From Rhizaria sp. SCN 62-66 (taxonomy: Eukaryota), in contig MEDY01000005.1 of NCBI GenBank assembly GCA_001724265.1, positions 62,001-126,000 of the forward strand: a stretch of DNA of 64,000 nucleotides, read 5' to 3'. Shown here piece after piece: positions 1 to 12,591 of this stretch (positions are counted from its first letter, which is position 1; each line of letters starts with the position of its first letter). The notes beneath the pieces were generated by a model. It worked only from the letters and a program-made list of their open reading frames with translations. It made no database searches and was not told the DNA's origin. A program made the translations under genes and the position numbers.

Positions 1-1576
1 CGTCGCGGAAGTCGCCGCTGGCGCCGAAGCTGCTGCCGGACGAGTAGAGCTCGACTGCCGACTCGTCGCGGGCCATGCCATAGCCGCCCGCGGCAACCGT
101 GGCCACAGCGGCCGCGCTGGGCGTCGCGACGTGCGAGCCCGAGCCCTCGGCGTGGTGGGTGTAGGTCCCCACGGTGGAGCCCGTGGCAACGGGGCCGGTT
201 CTACCGTGGCCCCCGTCGGTGTCGGTGTCCGTATCGTAGTTGTTGTTGTCGTCGTACAGCCCAGCGCTCTTGTCGTCGGCATTGCCGCCGTTGGCGACGC
301 GCTGCATGTCGGCCTCGCGCTCGACCTTGAGCGCCTCCTGGCGCTGCAGGGGCGACATCTCGCGGTCAAGCAGGATGCCGCCGTTGGGCTGCGCGTGGCC
401 GCCGATCTTCTCCTGCCAGTAGGTCGCGAAGTAGGTGAACATGCCGACGATCTTGGTCGTCGTGTACAGCGAGCGGCGGCGCAGGTAGCGCGACACGGAC
501 ATGTTGATAAAGTAGAGCAGGATGTAGTGTGCAAACAGCGCGCAGGCTGCGAAGAAGCACACCGCGTAGAAGGTCACACCGCGCTTGCCGTTGTAGACAA
601 TGAACATGAGAGCCACGCCCAGTCCGTGCTCGATGGCGAGCTTGACCTCGATGCCCACGTAGCCCTTCCACCAGTCGAGCACATTGTGCGACGGCGCCCA
701 GGGGAAAGAAAAGAACACTGCATGCAGCGCGACAATGTGCGCGTAGAGAGCCTCGACCTTAGTGAACTGGAGCGGCGTGTCACGGCATAGCACGCGCGAC
801 TGCTTCATGTTGCGCACAACCATGAGAATGCCGGCAAGGTATGACAGCGCGAGCCAGATGTAGATGTAGCCCTGCAGCGAGATCATGAGGAACGCAGCCA
901 GCGTCACGCGCATCGCAGTCGTCAGCAGACCCTTGAACAGCAGGTATGCGTAGGTGCTCTTGCCCACGCGCACGTACTGGTAGTACTGCAGGTAGTTCCA
1001 GGCGCCGGTGAAGGCGGTGAGCACCATGACGACGATCTGCATGGTGGTCATCGTCTCGTCCCGCAGGTACACGTACACCTGGATCAGCAGCGACGGCACG
1101 TCGGGCTGAAAAGTAGAGAAGAGACTGTGGGCGCGGAAGAAAGGGTGCGGCCAGTGGCGACCGCGCATCGCGCGCCAGTCCTGCACGTAGTAGTAGAAGT
1201 CGGCGACTTCGCGCAGCTGCAGCAGGTCGAGGAAGAAGGTGCCGATGGCGCCAGTGCTCGCCCACCGCACGAGGATCTGCGTCAGCGTCTTGGCGGCGTA
1301 GAAGGCGATGAGGGTAAACGCAGCGGCCTTACGCTTGTCGTTGTAGTACTCAACGACGAGGACCGCGGTGAGGATCGTGGTGATGATGTAGATCACGAGG
1401 AGAAACATCGCCACGATGAGCTGTGCGTTGTGGTTGCTGCCCGCCTGGCCGGCCTCGTCATCGACGAAGCCGCCCGCGCCGACAGAGGGATCCTTCTTGC
1501 GGTACGATGACATGTGCGAGAGATCGCTGGGGCGCGTGCCCATGGCGTCGCCGCTTAAAGACGACACGCTGCTCAT
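1..1576 (-). CDS. Multi-pass membrane protein, XK-related (Xkr scramblase-like); 3' end runs off the window
   Basis: Hand translation gives an uninterrupted minus-strand frame from ATG 1576 (MSSVSSLSGDAMGTRPSDLSHMSSYRKK...) to the window edge; it is missing from the ORF track because it has no stop here. About 8-10 hydrophobic helices. RAHSLFSTFQPDVPSLLIQVYVYL resembles the XK-family (F/L)E.aPQL.LQ.Y motif. Confidence 0.55.
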   Translation of the reverse strand, partial: MSSVSSLSGDAMGTRPSDLSHMSSYRKKDPSVGAGGFVDDEAGQAGSNHNAQLIVAMFLLVIYIITTILTAVLVVEYYNDKRKAAAFTLIAFYAAKTLTQILVRWASTGAIGTFFLDLLQLREVADFYYYVQDWRAMRGRHWPHPFFRAHSLFSTFQPDVPSLLIQVYVYLRDETMTTMQIVVMVLTAFTGAWNYLQYYQYVRVGKSTYAYLLFKGLLTTAMRVTLAAFLMISLQGYIYIWLALSYLAGILMVVRNMKQSRVLCRDTPLQFTKVEALYAHIVALHAVFFSFPWAPSHNVLDWWKGYVGIEVKLAIEHGLGVALMFIVYNGKRGVTFYAVCFFAACALFAHYILLYFINMSVSRYLRRRSLYTTTKIVGMFTYFATYWQEKIGGHAQPNGGILLDREMSPLQRQEALKVEREADMQRVANGGNADDKSAGLYDDNNNYDTDTDTDGGHGRTGPVATGSTVGTYTHHAEGSGSHVATPSAAAVATVAAGGYGMARDESAVELYSSGSSFGASGDFRD

Positions 1577-2272
1577 GGTGTGATGACGGATATCAAGCGT
1601 ACAAACAGTAACTGAAACGTGTGAGCCGCTTGTCGTCAAGGATGAGTGACAACAAGGGAGAGCGCGCGACGAATGCGGCTGTGGATGCGCGTAAGTGTAC
1701 GAGGTCGCTATACAGTCGCTGTTCGTGCTCTTGTGTTCCTGTTCAAGGTAGGTGTGACTGAAGGAGCGGTTTGGTAGACGCGGACGGAACGAGAAGGAGG
1801 AAGGAAAAGCGCGGATTTAGCGAGGTCAAGTATCGATTATCGGGGAGCAGTTGTAACATAGAGGTATCACCGCGTGGGTATGCAACAAACACGCAGATGT
1901 GTGCATATCTGTCTAGGTTATAGAGTGTGCAGCTTGGAAGTAAAGGGGGGAGCCCAGCCGAAGCAGAGGGAGAGCATTTGAGTGGCCATCGAGCAGTCCG
2001 GTGGGAGCAATAGACGACTTGCGGTGGTGATTTAAAAGGACTTCCAACTAGAACATAGTGCGAGTAAAATAATATGTGGAGTATATGCCTATCCAACGCT
2101 TGTATGAGTCTTTTCTAAGGGCAGAAAGTCGGACGATAGCATTTGGAGGCCTCCTGCCTGCGGGTTCGCAAAAACACGAAAGTAATTTCGGCCGCGACTG
2201 GCAGTGACTCAGCTTCGGTGGATCTTTCTCAGCCCCGTTGCCTACCTTGTAAAGGTTAGATCCAGATCAATA

Positions 2273-2914
2273 ATGGTACGTCACATTTTCCTGCCTTGAA
2301 ATTTACGCTTCTATTTTCAGACAACTTGTCACGACGCGGTTTCGACCTGTAACCGGGTCCGCGTTTCTGTCTTAGTTCGCAATGGCTCCTCCTTCCTCCC
2401 GCGCCGCATATCTGTCTCGCTGCCGCCTCGCCCTCCCTCACTTGACCCCATTTTCGTGCTCCCATTGTGTCCATCACAGACTGCTAAGGGCTCCATCAAG
2501 CTTCGCAACCAGAAGTTCGCCAACGATGCCATCAAGCACAAGGTACGCTCGCTCGTCTTCGCCCTCATCCTCCTCTTCAAGCAGCCCACTTTCCCAGCTC
2601 GATCCTGTTCTGATATCCCCGCATTATGTTCTGCAGCTACTTTGTTCGTGCATTAAACGCGCTTAAAATGCTATTCGTAGTACTGTTGCTTCAACAACGC
2701 GTGCATGTACTTCCTTTTTTGTCCGTTTCTTTTCTCACATTCTGCTCCTGCTCGTGCTCTTGCTTTGCGTCGACTCCAGGCCGTTGCGCGCCCCGACCGC
2801 GAGTCTTCCTCCGTCGTTGGCCCCATCATGATTGGCTTCCTGCTCTTCATTGTCGTCGGCTCCGCCCTGTTCGAGATCCTCCGTACCGCTACCCGTGGCA
2901 CCTTCTCCGACTAA
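2273..2914 (+). CDS. SERP1: RAMP4/SERP1 stress-associated ER protein
   Basis: Exons 2273-2275 (ATG only), 2480-2542 and 2780-2914, joined by GTACG..CAG introns. Protein MTAKGSIKLRNQKFANDAIKHKAVARPDRESSSVVGPIMIGFLLFIVVGSALFEILR... has the RAMP4 hallmarks N.KF and VGP...F..VGSA.F.I. Confidence 0.88.
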
Positions 2915-3629
2915 GCACTCCAACCGAACTCAACCGAACTCATCACGAACAATAGCGTCGCAGCGGTCTCGATAACCGCGGCGTGAGTTTGCGAGGGAGA
3001 GAGAAGTGATTGTAGTGATTATGTCGGCGATGTATGCGGTGTGCACGTGTGTCGCAACCACTGTGATTGTGTGCTGGTAAAAGCTGTTACTGTATCTGTG
3101 TGACTTAACGGGTGTTCTTGTGGTAACGGTTAATCTGTGGACGAAAGCTTGCTGTACAGAGCACGACTGTACTGTGAACAGCAGTTTTATTGTGTGTCGA
3201 CAGTATGTATCATCATCTCCACAACTCTTAACAGCTACACTTAACAATTCCGCGGACCAAGCCGCTAACAGCGTGAAGCCACATGCTCATATGCCCTGTG
3301 CTTTATTAATACGTTTAAAAAGCGTTACAAAAGAAAGATATATTGAACACAATAACTAAAGAATTACTGTTTGATAACGAAGAAACAATAGATAACTAGA
3401 CTTTTAAGACTTAGTCCCTAATATCGCATAGCCCACTCAAGATCACATCTAGTAATAGTTTTGCTTTGTATTCGGATTGTTACTGTTGTAATTCATGTCA
3501 CACGCATGGCACTGTTTCGTCAACATTCCATACTGGCCTGAACGGGAACTGACTAACATTGGAAGAACAACTCCGGAAAAATGTTCATTGACTGACATGT
3601 ACGGAGCTCAAACGTGAATATCTCTTAGT

Positions 3630-5911
3630 TCATGCCTCGCTAGCCGCCGCAGTCGTCGTCGCTGCCGCAGCGGCAGTAGCGGCGGCCACCGAAGCCGCAA
3701 AAGCCGCCGACTCCGCGTCCTTGGCGCGCATCAGCTCCATTTCTTTTTCAAGTTGCTCGTCCAGCTCGGCCGCCATGCGCGCCTCGGCCTCCTCCTCGGT
3801 CTCGCCCGCCTCGGCCGCAGCGCCGCCACTGTGCGCAGCGCTGCCGGCAGCCCCAGTATCCGTGGCGGCACCCGTGGCGCCCACGGTCACGCCGTCCTCC
3901 TTGCCGAGGTCGTCTAAGCGGAAGCGGCCCTTGGACGCGTCGATGAGGCCCAGCACGGTCATCGCCACCGACAGAGACTGTTGGCTGGACATGAAGCGGC
4001 TCGCGCCAGCAGTATCCGGCACGCTCGCAGTTGCAGACGCCGACGCAGACGCAGGAGAGGCTGAGACAGCGTCAGACGACGCCGCCCTCGCGTTGCCGCT
4101 GGCGCTGTTGCTGCTGTTAGCGGGTTGGAACGAGGGGAGACGCGACTGCCAGTGGTCCGCCAGGCGGCCGGCCTCGGCGGCGGGTGACAGCCGCTGCTGC
4201 CCCTGCTGTCCTTGCTCAGCCTCGCCCTCAGTCTCACCTGCGCTCGCATTGCCGTGGTTACTGTCGGCGTCCGCGCTCGCATTGTTCGCGGCGCTCGTAC
4301 TGTTGACGCTGCGGTCGGTGTTGGTGATGTTGTTGTCAAGAATGCGCCGCATGACGCCCTCACGGCGCCGCAGCTCTGCCTCGAGTCCGTAGCCCTGCCG
4401 CGGGGCAGTGAAACCGAAGACGTAGTCGTCATCGACGTACCTCTCTGGCAGCGCGAAGACTGCCGAGTCGGCGCCGCCGGTCGAGGCGTCGGGCGCCAGC
4501 GGCGGGGAGCGCGCCGGCGAGGCCGGGGACGCTGGCGAGCGCGGGCTCGGCGAGTCCACTTTGTACTCGTTGCCGCTCGCGTCCACGCCCGTCACGCCTG
4601 CGACGGCGCAGGTTACAGCCAAACGTCAATTCAATAGATATATCACAATATTTCTGTTAGCAAAACATACCTAACTTAAAGATATGGATATATAATTGCA
4701 TCATTCAAACTAACGCTTCATTTTACAAAATAATCGCTCGATTGTCAAGATATTATCGTTCATGTAGAGTGTTTAGCGCGTCATCACGATAACAAGATAA
4801 GAGACGTACCGGGCAGCAGCGTAAGTGTGGGTGTGATAAAAGAGTCCGTGACCAGCGACGACGCCTGCGGAAACGACAGCGGTGCCGCGTTGATCAGCTC
4901 CTCCAGCGGGCGGCTTAACTTGACGTTGAAGAACCCATCCTTGCTGTTCGCATCGCCACCGCCGCCGCTGCTCTGGTTGTACAGCACGTTGCGGCTCTGC
5001 TTCAGCTTCGCGCCGGCGCCGAAGTTGCCCTCGGCGCCGACTCCGGCCCCAGCGGCGCCGTCGTCGTCGGCGTCGGAGGCCGCGACGGAGCCCGGCGCCG
5101 TGGCCGTGGCGTCCGCGACGGCCCGCGCGGCCGCCGCCGCCTGCGCCCGGAGCGCAAGCCGGACCAGCCCCGCCGTGGCAGGCTCAGCGCGGGCCGCGCG
5201 CGCCTCGGAGGACGGCAGAAACTGCGCCGGGTCGCGGTACGAGGCAAACAGGGCCGCCTCGCCGCCGCTCTCGCTGCCGCTCGCGACGCTGTCACTGCCC
5301 TTGCTGGAGCCAGCGGTCGCAGTCGCAACAACCGCAGAGCCGGAGAGCTTAGAGCGGGGACCGGCAGCGCTGATGGCGTTCGCGTTGTTGGCGCTCGCGC
5401 CCGTGCTGTGGCTGGAGCTGTTGTTGTTGAGGGCAGCGAGTGCAGCCTGAACGACGGCCTCCTCGTCCGCGGACAGTGCAGAAGCCTCGGCGGCGGCGCG
5501 GACGCGGGCGCGCACGCGGGCGCGGGCCAACGCGCGGGACACCGACGCGGGCAGCGGCGCGGGCGGCGCAGGCCTCACAGCTGCAGCACCAGAGCCAGAG
5601 CTGGAACTCGAGCTGGAGCTTGAGTTCGACGAAGACGAGGCTGCCTTTGTGGAGCGCTGGGCGATTTGGGCGGGCGTAAACTGGATCAGGGCACCGTGCT
5701 TAGCGGCAAGAGCCCAATGGATGCGACAGACGTCCGGAGTGAAAAAGTCGGCGTCAACGAGGCGGGTGACGCGGGGGAACTTATTGGCCAGAACGGCCCG
5801 CTGGAGAGCGGGAGCGATGGTGGCGAAATTGAAGATATGACGGTGGCATAGGAGTTGATAATAACGTTCGATATCAGGCCACGACCCGGGGTAGTGGGAA
5901 CCGAAAGACAT
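3630..5911 (-). CDS. Hypothetical protein with a possible N-terminal SANT/Myb-like domain and Ala/Ser-rich body
   Basis: Exons 5911-4810 and 4597-3630; the intron 4809-4598 (GTACGT..GCAG) joins two track ORFs in frame (LLP-G-VTG). WPDIERYY..HIFNFATIA..FTPDVCRIHW has SANT-like aromatic spacing; the domain call is weak. Confidence 0.6.
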
Positions 5912-6419
5912 AATGCTCCTGACGATCACTATCTTTCGCAACAGACGAAAGAAGTGACCCCCTCATTTGAACTCTTGAACCAAAAACGGCTCTCGGTTTC
6001 GATGCGACTGTGAGCAGACTTTGCAGGAGCAACTTTTAGGACAAGATATGTGCACTAAAAGGTTACAACGAGGTAATAATATTGGCGCATTGAAGTTCTA
6101 TAGCTCTATTTCTACATTTATATTGTGTATTTTCTCCTGAACAACCACATTAACGTTTTCAAACTCAAGGGAAAACTCGAAGACTGTAAGTTATAAGACT
6201 CCTGCATATTGCTTATAAACATATCGAAAGCAACCAGACATAAACAAAACAGCATACTGTAATTAAACGAATAAAACTCGCACAACAATTAAAAAAAATA
6301 CTAACAAATAACAAACCTCGCAGTCCCAACGTTCACTGCTACTGCAACGAATCAACACGACATCGCAGCGATGTTGCTGCAACAGCGACACGAACACTCA
6401 GCTTACACCGTGTGCGTGC

Positions 6420-8156
6420 TTACCGGGGCGCATTCGCGGGGTCGCTAAACTTGACCCTGTTCTCAGCGTCGGTGTCAGCGTCGCCGTCGTAGAACTCGCG
6501 GCGGTCCTCGACGTCACGGTCGCGCGCCATGCGCGACACGCGCACGTCGGCGTCGGCGTTGTCGCGCGCGGCAGCGTCGGCCTCCTCCTGGTCGTGGTGC
6601 ACGCCCTGGTTGACGATGGCCGTGTTGTACGCGATGCTGGGCACGGGGTCGATGTGCGACAGGATGTCGAGCACGTGCATCGTCGTCTCCTCCAGCTCGC
6701 GCCGCGAGTTGTGGTTGTCCATGTTGCTGGGCGTAATGTGCAGCTGGTACTCGGGGCCGTAGTATTCGTAGTACTGGTTGAACGGGATCTCGTCGGGCAG
6801 CCGCGCGCCCAGCGCCACGGCCGTCTCGTACGCCCAGCAGCGCGCCACGTTCTTGATCGTGTAGCCGCCGCCGCCGAGCAGCAGCAGCGGCACACCGAAC
6901 GACGTCATGAACTCAACGCACTGACCGTGGCCCTTGAGCGAGAGGTTGAAGCAGCCGAGGCGGTCGCCGGCAAGCGAGTCGGCGCCGCACTGGAGCACCA
7001 CGGCGCCTGGGCGGTACACCGCCATGACCTTGGTGAGGACCTGCTTGAACACCTCGACGAAAGACACGTCGTCGATGCCGTCCTTGAGCGGGAAGTTGAT
7101 CGAGTGGTGCTTGCCAGCGCCGGCGCCGATGTCCGAGATGGCGCCAGTGCCGGGGAAAAAGTCGCCGTACTTGTGGAAGGAGACGGACATAACGCGGTCC
7201 GTGGTGTAGAAGGCCTCCTCGACGCCGTCGCCGTGGTGGATGTCGATGTCGATGTACAGCACGCGCGCGTGGTACTTGAGCAGCTCCAGAATGCCCAGCA
7301 CAATGTCGTTGACGTAGCAGAAGCCGGACGCCTTGCCCTTCTTGGCGTGGTGGAGCCCGCCGGCCCAGTTGATGGCGACATCGCTGAGCCCGCGGTTGAG
7401 GCGGTGCGCGCCGCCGACGCTGCCGCCCGCCGAGATCTGGCAGTACTGATACAGCCCGTCAAAGACCGGGCAGTCGACGTCGAGGCTGTAGCGCGGGAGC
7501 TCCTTGAGGAACTGCATCTGGTTGTCCGGAGTCACGCGGCGCAGGAAGTCGATGTAGTCATCGGTGTGGAACGCAGTCATCTGCTGCACCGTCGCGCGCG
7601 CGGGGTGCAGCACCTCAAGGTGGCGGTACAGGCCGTAGTTCTCCACCAGCGCGTGGCACAGCGACAGGCGCGCGGGCTTCATCGGGTGGCCCTGTGAGGG
7701 GGTACGCAGAAAAACAAACGGAGAATAGTCAAGTATAGGGATGAGATGAGTGAGATCATATTATCTCATGCGAAAGTAAAACTTGGCATCATGGAAGATA
7801 AAAGAAGGGGCTTGGAGATTAAGAAGGGAAATCGCGCAGTGAAAATCTGCGAATAAGCTTTGATCTTCTGGGACATACCTGGCCATAGTGGTGGGTGCCC
7901 ACTTCCTCTGCGGTGGGATGGCGTAAACGAGGGGGAAGTGATCAAAGAGAACGGAGTCAAGGCGAACAGAGATTGGGGGGGAAAAGTGCTGGAAGTGAGT
8001 AAATAGCAATGAAGAAAGAGACTAAGACGAATTGGAATGTGTTAAAAGCACAGCAAGAAAAAAGAGTTCTTGAAGTGGTGACGGGATAGTCATTGTTTTG
8101 CTTTGCTTGAGTCACGAACCATCATAGAAATATGAGACACGGCGAGTAGACGCCAT
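6420..8156 (-). CDS. RPD3: Class I histone deacetylase (RPD3/HDAC1/2-like)
   Basis: Exons 8156-8120, 7907-7879 and 7691-6420 give [28 protein letters not shown]. Catalytic and metal-binding motifs are intact: GGLHHAKK..ASGFCYVND, DIDIHHGDGVEEAF, QCGADSLAGDRLG, GGGGYT. Confidence 0.96.
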
Positions 8157-10019
8157 TGTAATAGCAGATTAGAGTTGTTGTTGCAACTTAAGGCTGCGAG
8201 GGTTGCGGTGGGCGATAGCTAGTGATGACGACGAAGATGCAGCGAGCTCGGCTTGGGGTGCGAGCTGAGCTACTCTGATGCGACTGCTTCCGCGCAGAAG
8301 GAGACAGAAACTAGCAAGAGACTAGCTTGTGACAACACGTGTGCGTGATGCAGGCACACAGCTGAGGCAGCAGGCGTGGTGTGACCTGTCTGGACCTTAG
8401 TGAGGTGAAGAGACGCAAAAAGCGAAGGCCGAGTGGCGCGGGGGTGCTTAGTGCGAAGAGCTAAAGCAAAGAAGGAGCGTGGTATCGATTGTGACAAGTA
8501 AGCGCATGTTGGATGTGTGAAAAGGGAAGAATCGGGAGCACAGGAGAAGAGCAGACCTGATCGCTTAGTGCGACAGGAAACAGCGGGAAGGAATGACTTC
8601 ACAGTCATGATGCCAACTTCGGGCAATGACTGTAGAGATATCAAATCGCCATTGACGGATGCACCATTTAAAGACCAAGCATAATTCCAAAAATTCCTCC
8701 GTGTCAATGACATAAAATCTCGATCCTTAATCATGGCAAAGCACCTAAATGTTTGCCGTTCGAGGCGGCAAGCAGGAGCTCTCCGACGATCGAACGCCAT
8801 TGCTGCCACCGAGCTGCCCCAATTTTGTGGCCATTTTTTCGCACTCAGCTGCATGTCAGTGCCGTGCTTGACCATAGAAACATAGCCAGCCGCATACTGT
8901 TGAAAATCGGTTCATGAACTTGGTAAATATGGATGTCTGCGTGTATCGCATGCATAGATGTTTGTGATTAACCTGGATTTATATCAAAATGAATGCGTCT
9001 ATGGCGACATATCTTCGATAAATTTTGAGTCTATCTTGTCACTGTCATCCTCACTAAGGATATCAACACATAAACAGCATGAGAACGTTAGGCAAATGAC
9101 TGCACGGACTAAATTGACGTTGATTCTGTAGTATAGGTTCATTCGTTTCTGTATAGGAGTTAATTAAGCGTGCCATCTAGGCTCCTTGAGTCATAATATT
9201 TTTGTGGTGAAGGCGTGATTAGCGTGACAAACCAAGCAATACATCATGAAAGACGAGTGAAAAACATTTGCACACCCGCATTATACAATGTACAATCAGC
9301 ATTGTAGCGGGAAACAATTCGGGATCACGTGAAGAGTGCTGGGAGCGCATAGTTTAGAGTATATGATGGGTCGAAAGACCGACGAGCTGACGTCACAACA
9401 TTTCCGCCCCGCCTACAGAGCACTTGATCTTAACTGATTAATGCATACTTATAATAAAATGCACAATAAGACATGCAGTAGTAGCATGCCAAATCCCATA
9501 CCGAATGGCGCTTTATTCACGGAGTTATGCCTACTTGAAGTGAGTGGTCGAAGCCCACGGTCAAGGTGTGTCTGGCGGCCAAGCGTCTTAAGGTCGGCTC
9601 GGAGCGGCGCATTTGCGTTTGCTTGTTCTGTCCCTGTGGTCCGGGCATAGCGCATGACCTAGCGTGATTGGCCGTGTTTAGTGCGTTTGTCTCTATATCT
9701 GTTTTGAGGATGTCATCAGTGGGCTCTTTTATCTTCATCTCGCACCTGCTACACCTCCCCGATTCGAGAGCAACAAACACGCTCTCTCACTTACCTCCGG
9801 ACCTGATATACTCGTCCTCCGGACCAGTACTGGCACTCTGGCTCTTGCAGGCGGGTTGCCCGCCGTTTGCAGCATCTCTTTATTGCTGCTACTCCCCTAT
9901 CGGTGGTCATATCTTTCTGCAGTCGCTCACCGCTCGCCCCCTTCTCGTCTCTTCTTTCTCTCGTGCTGTGTGCTCTCGGCTCCGTCGCTCTCGCCACCAT
10001 CAACAGATCTCACTGTAAG

Positions 10020-11361
10020 ATGCAGGGTGGCAACAACGCCTTTGATCGCATCTTTAAGGTATGTTGCAGCGTTTCTTAATTCTCCTCATTCTTGCCCTTA
10101 TCGGCATGTCTTAGCAACCTTGCAAACGCATGCTAATTCAATCCATCTATCTCTCAATGTACTTTGTCGTCGCTCTCTCTTGCTTAGATCACCCTCTCGG
10201 GTGACTCTGGTGTCGGCAAGTCTAACGTCATCTCCCGTTTTACGAACAACCGCTACTGCGCGGACCACGCCTCCACTGTCGGCGTCGAGTTCTCCGCCCG
10301 CGTCGTCCCCGTCGCGCAGGTACGTCCCGAGATGTAGCAACAATATGGGCGCTAAATCCAGGATTGAGTTGGCCATGGGATGATTATAGCGCGTTATATC
10401 CGTAGTCTACTTTGAATATCCAAACTTATTCGTTCGATCACGATATGCGCTCCTTTCAACTTCTCTCACACGTGTAATTGCCACCCTTCACTACCTTGCC
10501 TCACTTCGCTCTATTTAGGGTGCTGCCAAGATCAAGGCGCAGCTGTGGGACACGTGCGGCCAGGAGCGCTTCAAGGCCGTGACGAACGTCTACTACCGCG
10601 GCGCGATGGGCGCGTTGCTTGTGTACGACATCATGTCGTACGACTCCTTCGCGGCCGTGCCGCGCTGGCTGCGCGAGATCCGCGACCACGCCAAACGCGA
10701 CATCGTCATCATGCTGCTCGGCAACAAGGCCGACTGCGACGACGAGGCCGCCGCGGCCGCTGAAAAGGCCTCCGCCGCCGCCATCGCCGCCGCCAAGGCC
10801 GAGGGCGCTGGTACGTCAAATCACTCGATACGAGTGCATCGAACAAAAGTGTTTTATTTTGATGAAAAATGTTCAAACGAAAGTGACTCCTCTCATATTC
10901 TTGTTTTTGGGATGTACTCGCATTGTCTTGCTCTCTCCCATCTTTAACCCCTTCACTTCATGCTGCTTTTGTACTTGTTTTTCATCACAGACGAGGAGGC
11001 CGCCGCTGCCGCCGGCGCCGCCGCGTCGGCCGCGACGACGGCGAGCTTCGCGTCTGCGCGCCAGGTGCCGCGCGCGGACGCCGAGGCGCTGGCGAGCGAG
11101 TACGGACTGCTCTTTGCTGAAGTGAGCGCCAAGACGGGCGCGGGCGTCGACGCCGCGGTCAACGGGCTGATCGAGAAGATGTACTCGACGGTCGTGACGC
11201 TGGAGCGCGGACCCGACGCCGCTGCCGCCACGACGGCCAGCACCGCCGCTGCCGCCGCGGGGGGCGCGGGCGACAAGGCCGGCGCGGACAAGAAGGTCAT
11301 CGACGTCGCCGGGGGCGCGGCGGCCGAGACGGCCGAGGGGGAGAAGAAGTGCTGCAAGTAA
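10020..11361 (+). CDS. Rab GTPase, Rab11-like but divergent
   Basis: Exons 10020-10058, 10188-10319, 10519-10810 and 10991-11361. Motifs [52 protein letters not shown], and a C-terminal KKCCK prenylation signal. Confidence 0.92.
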
Positions 11362-12591
11362 GTGCTGTAAGTTTGGCCGGAAGTTAGGCCGGAAGCGAAG
11401 CCGCTCAACCGGCCTGACATTCAGCGAATCTGTCAGGAAATGCTGACGACTATGAATACGACGTGTGACAAACTACATTGGTGAGACAAAGGGTTGGGCT
11501 TAAGGGGGAAAAGTATGAGACTCTTTGTGAAAGAATCACATCGTCGTCGTTAGCGTTCGCTTGGTGGGATAAGTGACAGAATAGTTAGCTCATGCGCATT
11601 TTACGTGTTTGCTCTGCGATGTATTGCACTCGTGAGTGAATGTGTGAGTGCGAATGCTTGTGTATGCCCTTTAAGTGCGACTGGTCTGTCACTGTTTCTG
11701 GTGGGAGAATACGGTACTTATGTTGTACGTATGAATGACTGAACATCACGACACCCCCCTTGGCGTTAGCTTTAACTTATTTTTCGCTGTTTTAGCTATC
11801 TCGTTCACTGCCCAAAATCGATGAATGTTGTCATCCTCTTTCGTCGCCGTTGTTGTCCTTAGTATCTCAACTGTTGTTGTCACTTCAGGTCAGAAGTTTG
11901 TTTACTTGTTGCTTGTTGTTGTTATATATCATCAAACTTAATCTCTAGTTCAGTACAAAGTGTGCTCAAATTGTATTATTGCTGTTGATAGTACTTTACA
12001 GTTTAATCGTTTAAGTCTTTGTCTCTCTTTCTTCATTTTACCTGTTTGTCTGTGTGCGGATGTACGTTAACATTGTACAGCGTGTATGGTGTGCTTCGTG
12101 CTCACACTTAAAGTGAACACAAGCCCACTCGAATTGTATTGTATTTTTTCAATTTGTATTTCTTTTTGACGTGAATAATAAAGAAAACAAAGCTTAAACT
12201 GACTTCCCAAATCGCCGATATCTTGATATCTTGCGGCACACACAATGTGAGAGGAAGTGAATTTTCACACGATAAACACATTATATATCTTGCTTCCCCC
12301 AATAATATTTTGTTTTCTGAATGAACGTGTATAGAAATAATTGAATGCAGCGTTTTATTTGTCCTACCATTCGATTATGTATATTTATTTCTAATAGTCC
12401 CCAATTCTGTAGACAGATTAAGAGGATAAAAGTTATGAGCAGATCGAACACAAAGATAATACGATTCAATAAACGATTGTATTTCGACTCAAAACAAACA
12501 TCCTTCAACACTGGCTGGCCAACATAATTATGGGCAACCTAACAAGTCACTGAAAATCATATTTCTAAGTCACATTCTGACTGACAGCTGC

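Noticed and set aside
6376-6423. Possible extra HDAC intron at CG|GTAAGC overlapping the stop codon
   Set aside because: GTAAG does not match the local donor consensus, the intron would be unusually short, and TAA gives a normal-length HDAC.
8270-8875. 201-aa minus-strand ORF upstream of the HDAC
   Set aside because: Pyrimidine-rich leader/intron-like composition, no host codon bias and no motifs.
9307-9314. E2F-like site GCGGGAAA between the HDAC and Rab genes
   Set aside because: A single 8-mer far from either start codon; expected by chance.
12108-12527. Very AT-rich patch with short ORFs, considered as an organellar or transposon relic
   Set aside because: No recognisable protein motif or terminal repeats; consistent with a convergent 3' intergenic region.
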